A stretch of 64,000 nt of DNA, taken from positions 32,001 to 96,000 of the IMG/VR virus record IMGVR_UViG_3300040759_000032; one strand, written 5' to 3'. The notes beneath the pieces were generated by a model. That model made no database searches. It was given only the letters and a program-made list of their open reading frames with translations, and was not told the origin of the DNA. Within the stretch, counting starts at the first letter, position 1. Each line of letters starts with the position of its first letter. Below are positions 54,009-63,433 of the stretch, one piece after another. This DNA is from a virus. The position numbers and the translations under genes are program-made.

Positions 54009-54491
54009 ATGGAGAAGGACCAGCAGGCTTACGACCTGTTCCGCCGGGGCCTGTCGTACCGGCAGATCGCCTCGCAGCTGGACTGGAAGTCGCAGAAGTC
54101 CGCGTTCGAGGCCGTGCGCCGAGCCGCCCGCGACAACGCCGCCGACCCCCTCGAGCAGGCGGAGGCACGGCAGGCGTTCTACGACCGGCTGCAGGACTAC
54201 CGGCGGGCCGCCCAGCGGGTCCTGTCGACGCGGCACTACGTCACGACCCAGACGGGGAACCTCGCGCACGGACCGGACGGGAGCCCGCTCCTCGACGACG
54301 ACCCGGTGCTGCGGGCGCTGGACCGGCTCGTGAAGATCGACGACATGGAACTGCGGCTGCGGGACCTGTACCCGGCGGCGAAGTCCCGCGTCGAGGTGAT
54401 CACTGAGGACGTGGTCGACGCGGAGATGGCGATGCTGGCCAGGCAGGTGGCGGAGAACGATGCCCGCGCCGCTGATTCTGGCGCCGCCTGA
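54009..54491 (+). CDS. terS: Terminase small subunit (HTH)
   Basis: GLSYRQIASQLDW; directly upstream of and overlapping TerL. Confidence 0.7.
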   Translation: MEKDQQAYDLFRRGLSYRQIASQLDWKSQKSAFEAVRRAARDNAADPLEQAEARQAFYDRLQDYRRAAQRVLSTRHYVTTQTGNLAHGPDGSPLLDDDPVLRALDRLVKIDDMELRLRDLYPAAKSRVEVITEDVVDAEMAMLARQVAENDARAADSGAA

Positions 54492-57400
54492 GAAGATCCG
54501 GCGTCTGGCCGAGCTCCGGGCGAGGCTCCGCGAGCAGGAGGCCGAGCGGCGCAAGACCGAGGGCCCGCGGTGGGCGACGCCCGGCGAGCTCGCCAGGGCG
54601 ATCGACCCGGCGACGGTGCAGACGCCCGCGCTTGACCTGATCGACGAGGCGCTCGTGTGGGCGTACTCGACGCCCGGCGCGCGGCTCGCGGTGTCCATCG
54701 CACCTCAGGAAGGCAAGTCACAGAGAGTAACCAGAGTTGGCTCTCTGTGGGCGCTATCGCAGGATCCCGAGACGCGGATCGGCATCGCCTCCTACGCTCA
54801 GTCCCTCGCCGAGGGGTTCGGCCGCGACATCAGGAACATGATCGCGTCCAACAACGGCGACGAGGGCACGCTGGACATCGGGCTGCGCATCGCGGGCGAC
54901 TACGGGTCGGCGCGGCGCTGGCAGCTCGACGGGCACCGCGGCGGCGTTGTCTGCGTCGGAATCGGCTCCGGTCTAACCGGCCGCCCGCTGGACTGCATAG
55001 CGGGCGATTCCGGTATTATTACCCCTGATGGGGTGGTGTGCGCCGCCGACCTGGTAAAGGCGGAAACGCTCCCTCTCGTCCTGTCGTGGAACCACGGCAG
55101 CAGGCGTGCGGAGTGGCGGCAGGTCGAGGCCACGCGCACGATCCCCGGAAGAGAGATCGTTGAAGTCCGCACCGCCGCAGGCCGCGTCATCCGCTGCACT
55201 CCCGACCACCGCGTCTACGTCGCCGGACGCGGCTACGTTCCCGCCGCTGACCTGCGCGCCGGAGACCGTCTCGTCACTTCCGGCGCGAGTCCCGATCCTG
55301 TGCGGCGGATGCGGGACGGTCTTCACGAGGTTCCGGTCGGCCCTGAGGAACAACAAGCCGGGCACGCCCCTCTACTGCACGAAGGCGTGCCAGAACGCGT
55401 CGGCCAAGGTGGCGCTCACCTGCGAAGGCTGCGGCGGCGGCTACACGCGGATGCGATGCGAAGTGGACAAGGCCGCCAGGAACGGGTTCACGCGCTCGTT
55501 CTGCTCCAAGGCGTGCTTCCTGGGAACCCAGAGCGCCGAGTTCGCCGCGAAGAGGCCGTGCCTGACGTGCGGCAAGCCGAGGCCTCGCAAAGAAGACCGC
55601 TCCGACACGCGGTTCTGCTCCGACGAGTGCCGCCGGCAGTTCTTCACGGCGTCCGCGGACTGCGCCCACTGCGGCGCCTCATTCGAGATGCCGCGCTACG
55701 AGCTGGCGAAGAGGCGCAGGCGCGGCGGGAACGTGTACTGCTCCCAGCCGTGCGCCCGCGCCGGCATCGCGGTGACGCTCACGAAGGCCACGTGCCAGGG
55801 ATGCGGCGCGAAGATGCCGCAGCCGTGGAACGGCCGACGGTACTGCTCGGACGAGTGCCGCGCAGCGCACGGGGCGGTAACCCGGACGCTCCCGGACCAG
55901 GTGTGCACGTCGTGCGGCGTGGTCTTCCGGCCGAAGACCGGCCGGACGGGATACTGCTCCCGCGAGTGCGCCGACTCCGCGCACTCCGCCCGGATGACCG
56001 GCCCCGGGAACTCCCACTTCGTGGACGGCACCAGCTACGCGGACTGGTTCCGCAAGATGCGCCCGCTGATCATCGAGCGGGACGGCGGAGTCTGCGCCGC
56101 CTGCAAGACCTGCCCGCCGCCGACGAGGTACAAGCGCAACGGGGTCCCGGCCGAGAGAAGCTCGCTGCTCGTGCACCACATCAACGAGACGCCGGCGGAC
56201 AACAGGCCGCAGAACCTGATAACGCTCTGCAAGACCTGCCACATGATCCACCACAAGTCGAAGGCGACGCCGTTTCCGTGGTTCGCCGCATACGCGGCGA
56301 GCGCCACACGGTGTATGACCTCCAAGTGGAAGGCAACCGCAACTTCTTTGCAGACCAGGTACTCGTCCACAACTGCCTGATCATCGATGACCCGTTCGCG
56401 GACGCCGAGCAGGCGGGAAGCGCCTACTACCGCGACCGCGTGTGGGACTGGTGGAGGTCAGTCGGGGCGCCCCGCCTCGCTCCCGCCGCCCCCGCGATCC
56501 TGATCAACACCCGCTGGCACGAGGACGACCTCACAGGCCGGATGCTCGCCGCCGAGGACGGCCACCGCTGGCGCGCGATCAACATCCCGGCCCTCGCCGA
56601 CCACAAGCCGGAGCTCGGCCAGTCCGACCCGCTCGGCCGGGAGCCCGGCGAATGGCTGACCTCCGCCCGGGGCCGCACGCCGGCCCAGTGGGAGCAGATC
56701 CGGATCCAGGCCGGGTCGCGTGTCTTCGCCAGCCTGTACCAGGGCAGGCCGTCCCCGGACCAGGGGAACGTCTGGCAGCGGCAGTGGTGGCGCCGCTACC
56801 AGGAGCCGCTGTGGTCGCAGCACCCCACGACGCCGGAAGCGTGGCTCGTCCACGACGCCGACGAGGTCCTCATCTCGGTTGACTGCGCGTTCAAGGACAC
56901 GAAATCATCCGACTTCGTCGTCATGCAGACGTGGGCGCGGCGCGGCGCGATGGCGTACCTCGTCGACCAGGTACGCAAGCGCCTCTCGTTCACCGACACC
57001 GTGACGGCGCTCCTCGCGCTGATCGCCAAGTGGCCGCAGGCGTCCCGGAAGCTCATCGAGGACAAGGCCAACGGCACCGCGGTCATAAGCTCGCTGAAGT
57101 CCAAGGTCCCCGGCCTGGTGCCCGTCAACCCGACGGACTCCAAGTACGGGCGGGCGACAGCGGTCGCGCCGTTCATCGAGTCGGGGAACGTGCTGCTGCC
57201 CGCGGCGGGCGTGGGCCTGTTCGACCCCTCGGAGCTGATCGAGGAAGCGGCCGGGTTCCCGAACGCAGCGCACGACGACCAGGTCGACACCACGTCGCAG
57301 GCTCTCGCGGAGATGTTCTTGGACGGGAACGGCGCCGCAGCTTGGATCGCGTGGGCGAAGCGCAAGGCCGAGGCCGTCGCGACGGGGCACGTTGCCGAGT

Positions 57401-57531
57401 CGCAGTCGGCCCCGAAAGCCCCCGCCGTGCCGGAGGCCGCCCCGGACCCCGAGCCCCCTCCCGCCCCCCTCGATCCTGCTGCGGCGCTGAGGGCGGCCAG
57501 GACCGCGATGTTCCGCCAGCAGGGCCGCTAG
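54460..57531 (+). CDS. terL: Terminase large subunit containing a 460-aa intein
   Basis: APQEGKS; GLTGRPLD|CLIIDDP (Walker B); TRWHEDD; ISVDCAFK; IEDKANG; HDDQVD. Confidence 0.95.
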   Translation: MPAPLILAPPEKIRRLAELRARLREQEAERRKTEGPRWATPGELARAIDPATVQTPALDLIDEALVWAYSTPGARLAVSIAPQEGKSQRVTRVGSLWALSQDPETRIGIASYAQSLAEGFGRDIRNMIASNNGDEGTLDIGLRIAGDYGSARRWQLDGHRGGVVCVGIGSGLTGRPLDCIAGDSGIITPDGVVCAADLVKAETLPLVLSWNHGSRRAEWRQVEATRTIPGREIVEVRTAAGRVIRCTPDHRVYVAGRGYVPAADLRAGDRLVTSGASPDPVRRMRDGLHEVPVGPEEQQAGHAPLLHEGVPERVGQGGAHLRRLRRRLHADAMRSGQGRQERVHALVLLQGVLPGNPERRVRREEAVPDVRQAEASQRRPLRHAVLLRRVPPAVLHGVRGLRPLRRLIRDAALRAGEEAQARRERVLLPAVRPRRHRGDAHEGHVPGMRREDAAAVERPTVLLGRVPRSARGGNPDAPGPGVHVVRRGLPAEDRPDGILLPRVRRLRALRPDDRPRELPLRGRHQLRGLVPQDAPADHRAGRRSLRRLQDLPAADEVQAQRGPGREKLAARAPHQRDAGGQQAAEPDNALQDLPHDPPQVEGDAVSVVRRIRGERHTVYDLQVEGNRNFFADQVLVHNCLIIDDPFADAEQAGSAYYRDRVWDWWRSVGAPRLAPAAPAILINTRWHEDDLTGRMLAAEDGHRWRAINIPALADHKPELGQSDPLGREPGEWLTSARGRTPAQWEQIRIQAGSRVFASLYQGRPSPDQGNVWQRQWWRRYQEPLWSQHPTTPEAWLVHDADEVLISVDCAFKDTKSSDFVVMQTWARRGAMAYLVDQVRKRLSFTDTVTALLALIAKWPQASRKLIEDKANGTAVISSLKSKVPGLVPVNPTDSKYGRATAVAPFIESGNVLLPAAGVGLFDPSELIEEAAGFPNAAHDDQVDTTSQALAEMFLDGNGAAAWIAWAKRKAEAVATGHVAESQSAPKAPAVPEAAPDPEPPPAPLDPAAALRAARTAMFRQQGR
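54994..56373 (+). mobile_element. Intein (Hint N and C parts, in frame)
   Basis: Block A CIAGDSGIITPDG; block B CTPDHRV; blocks F/G VYDLQVEGNRNFFADQVLVHN followed by Cys+1. Confidence 0.93.
55106..56380 (+). CDS. Zn-finger-repeat HNH endonuclease encoded in the +1 frame inside the intein (start uncertain)
   Basis: Six CxxCG...[FY]C[ST]xxC repeats; RDGGVCAAC...VHHINE...NLITLCKTCH; GC3-rich codons in this frame. Confidence 0.88.
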   Translation: MRSGGRSRPRARSPEERSLKSAPPQAASSAALPTTASTSPDAATFPPLTCAPETVSSLPARVPILCGGCGTVFTRFRSALRNNKPGTPLYCTKACQNASAKVALTCEGCGGGYTRMRCEVDKAARNGFTRSFCSKACFLGTQSAEFAAKRPCLTCGKPRPRKEDRSDTRFCSDECRRQFFTASADCAHCGASFEMPRYELAKRRRRGGNVYCSQPCARAGIAVTLTKATCQGCGAKMPQPWNGRRYCSDECRAAHGAVTRTLPDQVCTSCGVVFRPKTGRTGYCSRECADSAHSARMTGPGNSHFVDGTSYADWFRKMRPLIIERDGGVCAACKTCPPPTRYKRNGVPAERSSLLVHHINETPADNRPQNLITLCKTCHMIHHKSKATPFPWFAAYAASATRCMTSKWKATATSLQTRYSSTTA

Positions 57532-57546
57532 CTGACAGGAGTCCGC

Positions 57547-57807
57547 GTGGCCGACGAGCAGCCGCCCGTTTTCGAGACGGACGGCCAGTGGCCGTTTTCC
57601 GGGACCGTGAAGGTGAACGGGCACCCGCTCGCGTCCGTCTCTTCCTGGTCCGTCTCCGCCGCCTCCGACGGAGTCCCGGTCGTCACGCTCGGCCTCGTCG
57701 ACCAGGGGGCGCTGAGGCTGCTCCTCGGGCCCGGCGCCCGGGTGCAGGTTTCCGACGCGACCCGTGACGCCCTCATCTCCCTCGGCTGGACCCCTCCGGC
57801 AGGCTGA
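57547..57807 (+). CDS. Hypothetical protein
   Basis: SD AGGAG; between TerL and portal. Confidence 0.6.
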   Translation: MADEQPPVFETDGQWPFSGTVKVNGHPLASVSSWSVSAASDGVPVVTLGLVDQGALRLLLGPGARVQVSDATRDALISLGWTPPAG

Positions 57808-57862
57808 CGGCCGCGAACGGCACCAAGAACGGCCGCCGAGCGGCGCGCGGGGAGGGCACCGC

Positions 57863-60800
57863 ATGAGCGTCCGATCCCGAGCCGCCGTCCTCGACGCCCC
57901 GGCCGTCCAGGTCGCAAAGGTGTTCGGTCCGGGGGTCCCGCCGGCGATCCGGGCGGCCGAGGCCGAGGCGCAGATGACGCCGACGTCCCCGTTCGGCCCC
58001 GGCACGCCGATCGGCCCGTACGACGGGTACTCGCGGCAGCCGCGCAGCCAGAACTTCGTGACCGGGGTCAACATCTCGACCCGGCCGCGGACCCACGAGC
58101 GCGTCAGCTTCGAGACGCTCGTGGGATTGATAAACGCCTACGACATCGCCCAGATAGCCATCTGGCATCGCATCGACTCCATTAGGTCGCTCGACTGGCG
58201 CCTCATTCCGGCCGCGCATTTCCAGGGCGACGCGACTGACGCCATCCGCATCGGGACTAAGGCGCTCAAGAAGCCGGACCGGATCAACTCGTTCAGCTCA
58301 TGGCTGGCGAAATGGCTATTCGACGTCCTCGCCTATGACGCGGGAGCGCTTTACCGGCTGCGGAACCGGGCCGGGCGCTGTATTGGGCTTCTCCCGGTTG
58401 ACGGCACGACGATCGCGCCGATGCTCGATTACTGGGGCAATCCGCCTGGCGCGATGGCCGCCCCCGGCGAGGAACTGCCCGAGGCGTTCGTCCAGTACGT
58501 CAACGGGCTGCCGTGGAACTGGCTGACGCTCGCCGATCTGGTCTACCAGCCGTTCCGGCCGCGCACCAACTCCCCGTACGGCCATGCGCCGCTTGAGTCG
58601 ATAATCCTCAACGCGAACACCGATATTCGCTTCCAGCTCTTTTTCCTTCAGCGTTTTACTGAAGGAAACATTCCGGAGGCGTTCGCCGCCGCCCCGGAAA
58701 CATGGTCCCCCGATCAGATAGAGCAGTTCCAGGAATACTGGGACGGCTTCATGTACGGCGACCAGTCGCGGAAGCACCAGATTCGGTGGATGCCCGGCGG
58801 CTCGAAATTCGCGTGGTCCAACGAGAAGGACTTCAGCGACACCTTCTCGCTGTTCCTGATGCGGAAGACGCTCGCCGCGTATCACACAGTCCCGGCCGAC
58901 GTCGGATTCACCGAAAACGTGAACAAATCGTCCGGCGAAAGCCAGGCTGACGTGCAGCACCGCGTCGGCGAGCTCCCTCTCGACGCCTATGTCGAGGCGA
59001 TCCTGACGGACTTCCTCCAAGACGACCTGGGCCTGCCGGTCGAGTTCGAGTTCGACAAGGGCGAGGAGCAGGACGACCGCCTCGCCGTCGCGCAAGCGCA
59101 CGAGATCTACATCCGCAACGCCGTGATCGGGGCGTCCGAAGTCCGCGAGGAGGTCTTCGGCCTCCCCGAGCCGGACGGCCAGGTCGTGCCCCGCGGGTTC
59201 TTCACCGAGCGTTCCGGGCTCATCCCGCTCAACTCGGTGCTCGCCGTCGCAGGGCCGATCGACCCCGCCACGGCCGCCCCGGAACCGGGGTCGCCCCTGC
59301 CGCACATGGTGTTCGGCGGCGTCGAGGGCGTGCTCCCCAACCCGCCGATCAAGGTCCCGAGCCTCGCCGAGCAGGAGTACGGGCCGTCGGCGATGCCGCC
59401 CGCCCCGCCGCCGCAGCCGAAGATGACCGACGCCGACGCGACCCCGGAACTGACTGCGGGCGCGGTCGCCAAGGAAGGCGAGGGCGCGGGCGGGAACGTC
59501 ACGGCGGGCATCACCGCGGCGACGGGCCTGTACTCCTACGACCTCGACGGCAGGGGCGGCGACGAGGACGAGGATGACGGCCCGGTCGGCCAGGCGGTGA
59601 TCGCGAAGGAGATGCAGGCGTTCCGCCGGTACTCAAGGGCGCGCAGGCGCTCGGGAGAGTGGCGGGACTTCGAGTTCCGGGCGGTCGCCAAGGTCGCCGG
59701 CCACAACCTGAACGACTCCGGCCGCCTCGCTGTCCGCAAGGACGCCGGGCAGGTGGCTGTCGCAGGGCTGGCTGTTCTCGCCGCGGACACAGGCCGCGTG
59801 CTGATGATCCAGCGGGCGCTTGACGACAGCGACCCTGCGGCCGGTACCTGGGAAGTGCCAGGCGGCCATCTGGAAGGCGCGGAGACGCCCCTCCATGGTG
59901 CGTGGCGCGAGTGGTCAGAGGAGTGCGGCGTAGCACCCCCGCCGGGCACTCAGACAGGCTCGTGGGCATCTCCGGACGGGATCTACCAGGGCATCGTGTG
60001 GACGGTCGACAGCGAGGCTCTCGTCCCGGTTCGCTCGGACACGCAGATCAGCAACCCCGATGACCCCGACGGCGACTCAATCGAGGCAATCGCCTGGTGG
60101 GACCCGGAGACGCTGCCGGGCAACCCGGCGGTGCGCCCCGAGCTGCTCGCGAACATCGATGACGTGATGGCCGCCCTCGGCTACGGCGTGACGGACGACG
60201 CCGAGGCGGAAGAGGTGGCCAAGGCGGCCGGTGGTTCAGGCCCAAAAGGGCCCGCCTGGCACGGGTGGACGCTCGACCGGAAGACGGCCGCGCACTGGGC
60301 CCCGAGGGTCCGCGACTCGGTTAAGGCGGCGGTCCCGAAGGCGAAGGCCCGCGACATGGGCCGTGACTACCTCGCTGATCACCCCGAGCAGGACGGGTCC
60401 GCCCCGGGCAAGCGGGACCGGAACAAGGCCGCCGCGGCGTGGGTCCTCGCCTGGCTGGCCAGCCACGGCATCACCCTCGTCCCGTCGTCGACGGCTGAGG
60501 CGATCGCGGTCGACGGGTACGCGATAGGCGCGGTCTCCGCTCAGCATCAGGTCACCGGGCAGCCGCCGGGGAAGACCGCTCCGGGCGGCCGGGACTCCGC
60601 CTTCGACCGGGTCGGGGAGGCCGGGCTGGCCGCCGAGCTCGCCCTGCTGCTGCGCGGAGGGAACGGCGCCGAGGCCGCCGCCGAGATCGTCGCTGAGGCG
60701 ATCGCCGGCGGGTACGCGAACGCGCTGGCGATCATCCTCGCCGGGACGGACGCGGACTGGGCGGACAGCCAGGACACCCTCGACGAGCTCGGGGACCTGC

Positions 60801-61075
60801 TGTCAGACGCGCTCGCCGACGAGGACACCGCCGTGACGCTCGTCGGGACGCAGATCAACATCTACACCGGGCTGTCAGCGCACGACTACTACATGCAGAA
60901 CAGCGTGACCCTGGTGAACTGGGTCACCGACCCGTCGAAGTCCGGCGTCTGCCCGGTCTGCGTGGCGAACGAGGCGGCAAGCCCGCAGACGAACGGGCAG
61001 CCCTGGCCCAGCGGGGACGTCTCGCCGCCAGCGCACCCGAACTGCCGGTGCCAGTTGCTTCCGGCGTGGCTCTAG
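57863..61075 (+). CDS. Portal protein fused to NUDIX hydrolase and MuF-like head morphogenesis domain
   Basis: Portal-like N-terminus (LLPVDGTTI, SPYGHAPLE); Nudix box PGGHLEGAETPLHGAWREWSEECG; VCPVC...PPAHPNCRC. Confidence 0.85.
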   Translation: MSVRSRAAVLDAPAVQVAKVFGPGVPPAIRAAEAEAQMTPTSPFGPGTPIGPYDGYSRQPRSQNFVTGVNISTRPRTHERVSFETLVGLINAYDIAQIAIWHRIDSIRSLDWRLIPAAHFQGDATDAIRIGTKALKKPDRINSFSSWLAKWLFDVLAYDAGALYRLRNRAGRCIGLLPVDGTTIAPMLDYWGNPPGAMAAPGEELPEAFVQYVNGLPWNWLTLADLVYQPFRPRTNSPYGHAPLESIILNANTDIRFQLFFLQRFTEGNIPEAFAAAPETWSPDQIEQFQEYWDGFMYGDQSRKHQIRWMPGGSKFAWSNEKDFSDTFSLFLMRKTLAAYHTVPADVGFTENVNKSSGESQADVQHRVGELPLDAYVEAILTDFLQDDLGLPVEFEFDKGEEQDDRLAVAQAHEIYIRNAVIGASEVREEVFGLPEPDGQVVPRGFFTERSGLIPLNSVLAVAGPIDPATAAPEPGSPLPHMVFGGVEGVLPNPPIKVPSLAEQEYGPSAMPPAPPPQPKMTDADATPELTAGAVAKEGEGAGGNVTAGITAATGLYSYDLDGRGGDEDEDDGPVGQAVIAKEMQAFRRYSRARRRSGEWRDFEFRAVAKVAGHNLNDSGRLAVRKDAGQVAVAGLAVLAADTGRVLMIQRALDDSDPAAGTWEVPGGHLEGAETPLHGAWREWSEECGVAPPPGTQTGSWASPDGIYQGIVWTVDSEALVPVRSDTQISNPDDPDGDSIEAIAWWDPETLPGNPAVRPELLANIDDVMAALGYGVTDDAEAEEVAKAAGGSGPKGPAWHGWTLDRKTAAHWAPRVRDSVKAAVPKAKARDMGRDYLADHPEQDGSAPGKRDRNKAAAAWVLAWLASHGITLVPSSTAEAIAVDGYAIGAVSAQHQVTGQPPGKTAPGGRDSAFDRVGEAGLAAELALLLRGGNGAEAAAEIVAEAIAGGYANALAIILAGTDADWADSQDTLDELGDLLSDALADEDTAVTLVGTQINIYTGLSAHDYYMQNSVTLVNWVTDPSKSGVCPVCVANEAASPQTNGQPWPSGDVSPPAHPNCRCQLLPAWL

Positions 61076-61596
61076 CCCATCCCGGCCAGCATCGACGGCG
61101 TGAGCGCCGTGCTGGCGATCAGGAGCTTCTGCCCGCCGGGCCGGTTCGGGATGTGCTCGGAGCACACTTCGGTGCCGCCGACCATGGTGACGGCTACGGT
61201 CAGGGGCGGCATTCCCTCCGCCCCGCCGAGCTGCAGCCGCTCGGGCAGGAACGGCGCGGGGTCGAGCTGGGCGAGGCGCGGGTCGCCGTCCGCGAGCTCG
61301 AGGCCGTGCGCCTGCGCGGCCTTCGCGAGCGCGATCTTGATGTCCCGCTCGTGGAGCATCTGCCAGCCCATCCGGGCGACGACGCACTGGGCGCACAGGT
61401 GCTGGCGGGTCTGGATAGGCACCTGCTGGAGAACCTGCTGCAGGACCCCGGCGATGGCCTGCGGGAGCTGCGGCAGCATCCCGGCTATCGCGGCGGCGGC
61501 CTGGGCGGTCTGCTGCGCGGGAGTCGGGGAGCCGTTCGCGGAGCCGTTGAATGCGGCGGGGGCGGCCGGGGGAAGTTCGGCGGGGCTGTCGGTCAT
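61072..61596 (-). CDS. Hypothetical protein (leaderless, antisense to late genes)
   Basis: GATAAT-N7-ATG; codon bias. Confidence 0.6.
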   Translation of the reverse strand: MTDSPAELPPAAPAAFNGSANGSPTPAQQTAQAAAAIAGMLPQLPQAIAGVLQQVLQQVPIQTRQHLCAQCVVARMGWQMLHERDIKIALAKAAQAHGLELADGDPRLAQLDPAPFLPERLQLGGAEGMPPLTVAVTMVGGTEVCSEHIPNRPGGQKLLIASTALTPSMLAGMG

Positions 61597-61633
61597 GGGT
61601 TTCATTATCGCGAACAGAGGCGAATGGGAGTGA

Positions 61634-61916
61634 CGTGGCTCTGACGCGGCTCTGCCCGTTCTGCCTGCTGCCCGCCGCGACGGAATGCATCTGCACTGAC
61701 GTCGAGACCCGCGCCACCGTCCCCTCCTGCTGCGACCTTCATGGCCCGGCCTGCGAGCCCGGCGACCCTTGCTGCGCAGACTGCACCGAGGAGCACCACG
61801 GCGCGTGGATTGACGCCCGCGGCGTCCGCCGCACCGGGCACCCGCCCGGCGAGACGTGCTCAGCCCCGGACGCGCCCCCTCCGCCTGGCGTCGGCCCCGA
61901 CTGGAGGCTCGCTTGA
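61634..61916 (+). CDS. Small Cys-rich protein
   Basis: CPFC, CIC, CCDLH, CCADC. Confidence 0.5.
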
Positions 61917-62239
61917 GCGAGAACGACGAGCCCGGCGACTACCGGGGCGTGATCATCATCGAGTGGCCTCCTCGCGGCCCGAGCCCGTACCACGCCATGG
62001 ACGGCTGGCAGTCCCTGTTCCTCGACGCGGTGACCGGGAAGCCGATCATGACCGTGTCCGAGGCGGACGTCATCGTGCACACGGGCGCGGAGAGCCGCGT
62101 CACGGCCACCCTGACGATGTTCGCCGACGAGGCGGGCGACCCCATCCTCGAAGGCCTGCCGGTCGTCAGAGACGGCGAGATCCTGACGGGGACGTTCCCG
62201 TTCGCCGTCAGCGAGATGCGGGTCCGGCCCAAGTCCTGA
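61913..62239 (+). CDS. Hypothetical protein
   Basis: TTGA coupling, SD GGAGG. Confidence 0.55.
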   Translation: MSENDEPGDYRGVIIIEWPPRGPSPYHAMDGWQSLFLDAVTGKPIMTVSEADVIVHTGAESRVTATLTMFADEAGDPILEGLPVVRDGEILTGTFPFAVSEMRVRPKS

Positions 62240-62359
62240 CGGGCGGCCGGCGGCCAATTCCTTCCGGCCGCTTGCAACAGTGCGCCTGCTTCGGGTGTCA
62301 GGACATCACGGCACGGAAGGCGCATAGGCCGCCCGTCAGCCAGGAACGGTAGCGTGGGC

Positions 62360-62394
62360 GGACAACCTGACAACCCACCGGACAACCTGACAAC
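62360..62394. repeat. Tandem repeat GGACAACCTGACAAC x2
   Basis: Intergenic, 20-bp period, four GACAAC units. Confidence 0.65.
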
Positions 62395-62413
62395 GGAAGG
62401 CTGAGCGAATCTC

Positions 62414-62743
62414 GTGAAGATGGCCGAGTGGACCGGGCTGTGCGAGCGCGAGGCGGAGCGGGGCGGCGAGGTGATCGCCGTGACCCTCACCAGGGCCAGC
62501 ATGCAGGAACTGGCCGGCGACGTCCTGCGCTCGGCGAGCCTCGGGGAGATCGACTTCACCGACCAGGACGGCAACCCGAGGCCAGGCCCCGATGTCGCGG
62601 CCTGCGGAGCCCGGATCGGGCAGATGTACAACGTCGCCGCCGGTCGCAAGGAAGTCGACTTCACCCCTCTCGCGGACGCTGACACCATCACCGTGCGGGA
62701 CGCGGACGGGCAGACTCGCGTGATCGCGCTCGCCGCCGCCTGA
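62414..62743 (+). CDS. Hypothetical protein
   Basis: Codon bias, coupling. Confidence 0.55.
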   Translation: MKMAEWTGLCEREAERGGEVIAVTLTRASMQELAGDVLRSASLGEIDFTDQDGNPRPGPDVAACGARIGQMYNVAAGRKEVDFTPLADADTITVRDADGQTRVIALAAA

Positions 62744-63105
62744 TGTGCTCCTGCCCCGGTGACTGCGAGGGCGCGCCGGAGTGCCTCGACGACGAGGGCG
62801 GCCCGCTCCTCGACCTGGACAAGCCCTGCCCGCACGAGGACTTCGAGGCCGACGTCGAGGTCAACCGGCTGACCGGCGACCCGGACGGCCCTGTGACCGC
62901 CTACTCGGCTGACATCCGCATCCGGTGCGCGCAGTGCGGCGAGCCGTTCCGGTGGATCGGCGTCCAGGCCGGGCTGAAACCGGACCGGCCGATGGTGTCG
63001 GTCGACGAGACGGAGCTTCACGCGCCCCTACGGCCTGCGTCGTCCGACCCTGATTTCGGGCTGGGGATACCAGGGTTCGCCGTGACCTGGACGGAAGCGC
63101 CGTGA
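62743..63105 (+). CDS. Cys-containing hypothetical phage protein
   Basis: CPHEDF...IRCAQCGEPFRW. Confidence 0.6.
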   Translation: MCSCPGDCEGAPECLDDEGGPLLDLDKPCPHEDFEADVEVNRLTGDPDGPVTAYSADIRIRCAQCGEPFRWIGVQAGLKPDRPMVSVDETELHAPLRPASSDPDFGLGIPGFAVTWTEAP

Positions 63106-63356
63106 GCCGGGCCTACTGCTGCGAGGTCTGCGACACCGATGACCCGCACTGGGTGATCGAGCGCCACGGCGACGCGGTTGTCACCTGGGCGTGCGACACC
63201 GACCTGGCCGAGGTCTGCGAGCGGCTGCAACGCGGCGGCGAGGTCACCAAGCTGTCGGTCAGGGACGCCCGCAAGGCGCGCGAGTGGGCGGGCGTCACCC
63301 CGCTCAACGCTGTCTCCGACCCCTTCGCGGACAAGGCGGCGCAGAGGGGCGGCTAG
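63102..63356 (+). CDS. Hypothetical protein
   Basis: GTGA coupling. Confidence 0.55.
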   Translation: MSRAYCCEVCDTDDPHWVIERHGDAVVTWACDTDLAEVCERLQRGGEVTKLSVRDARKAREWAGVTPLNAVSDPFADKAAQRGG

Positions 63357-63433
63357 CGCGGCCACCGGAGGCCAGCCGGTGCGAGGGGCTGTCTGCAACG
63401 CTCGTTGCGGGCCTGCTCGCCGCGCGGTCAAGG

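Noticed and set aside
58120-58930. Slightly more AT-rich patch in the portal gene as an insertion
   Set aside because: The frame and portal-like sequence continue without a break; at most a recombined allele.
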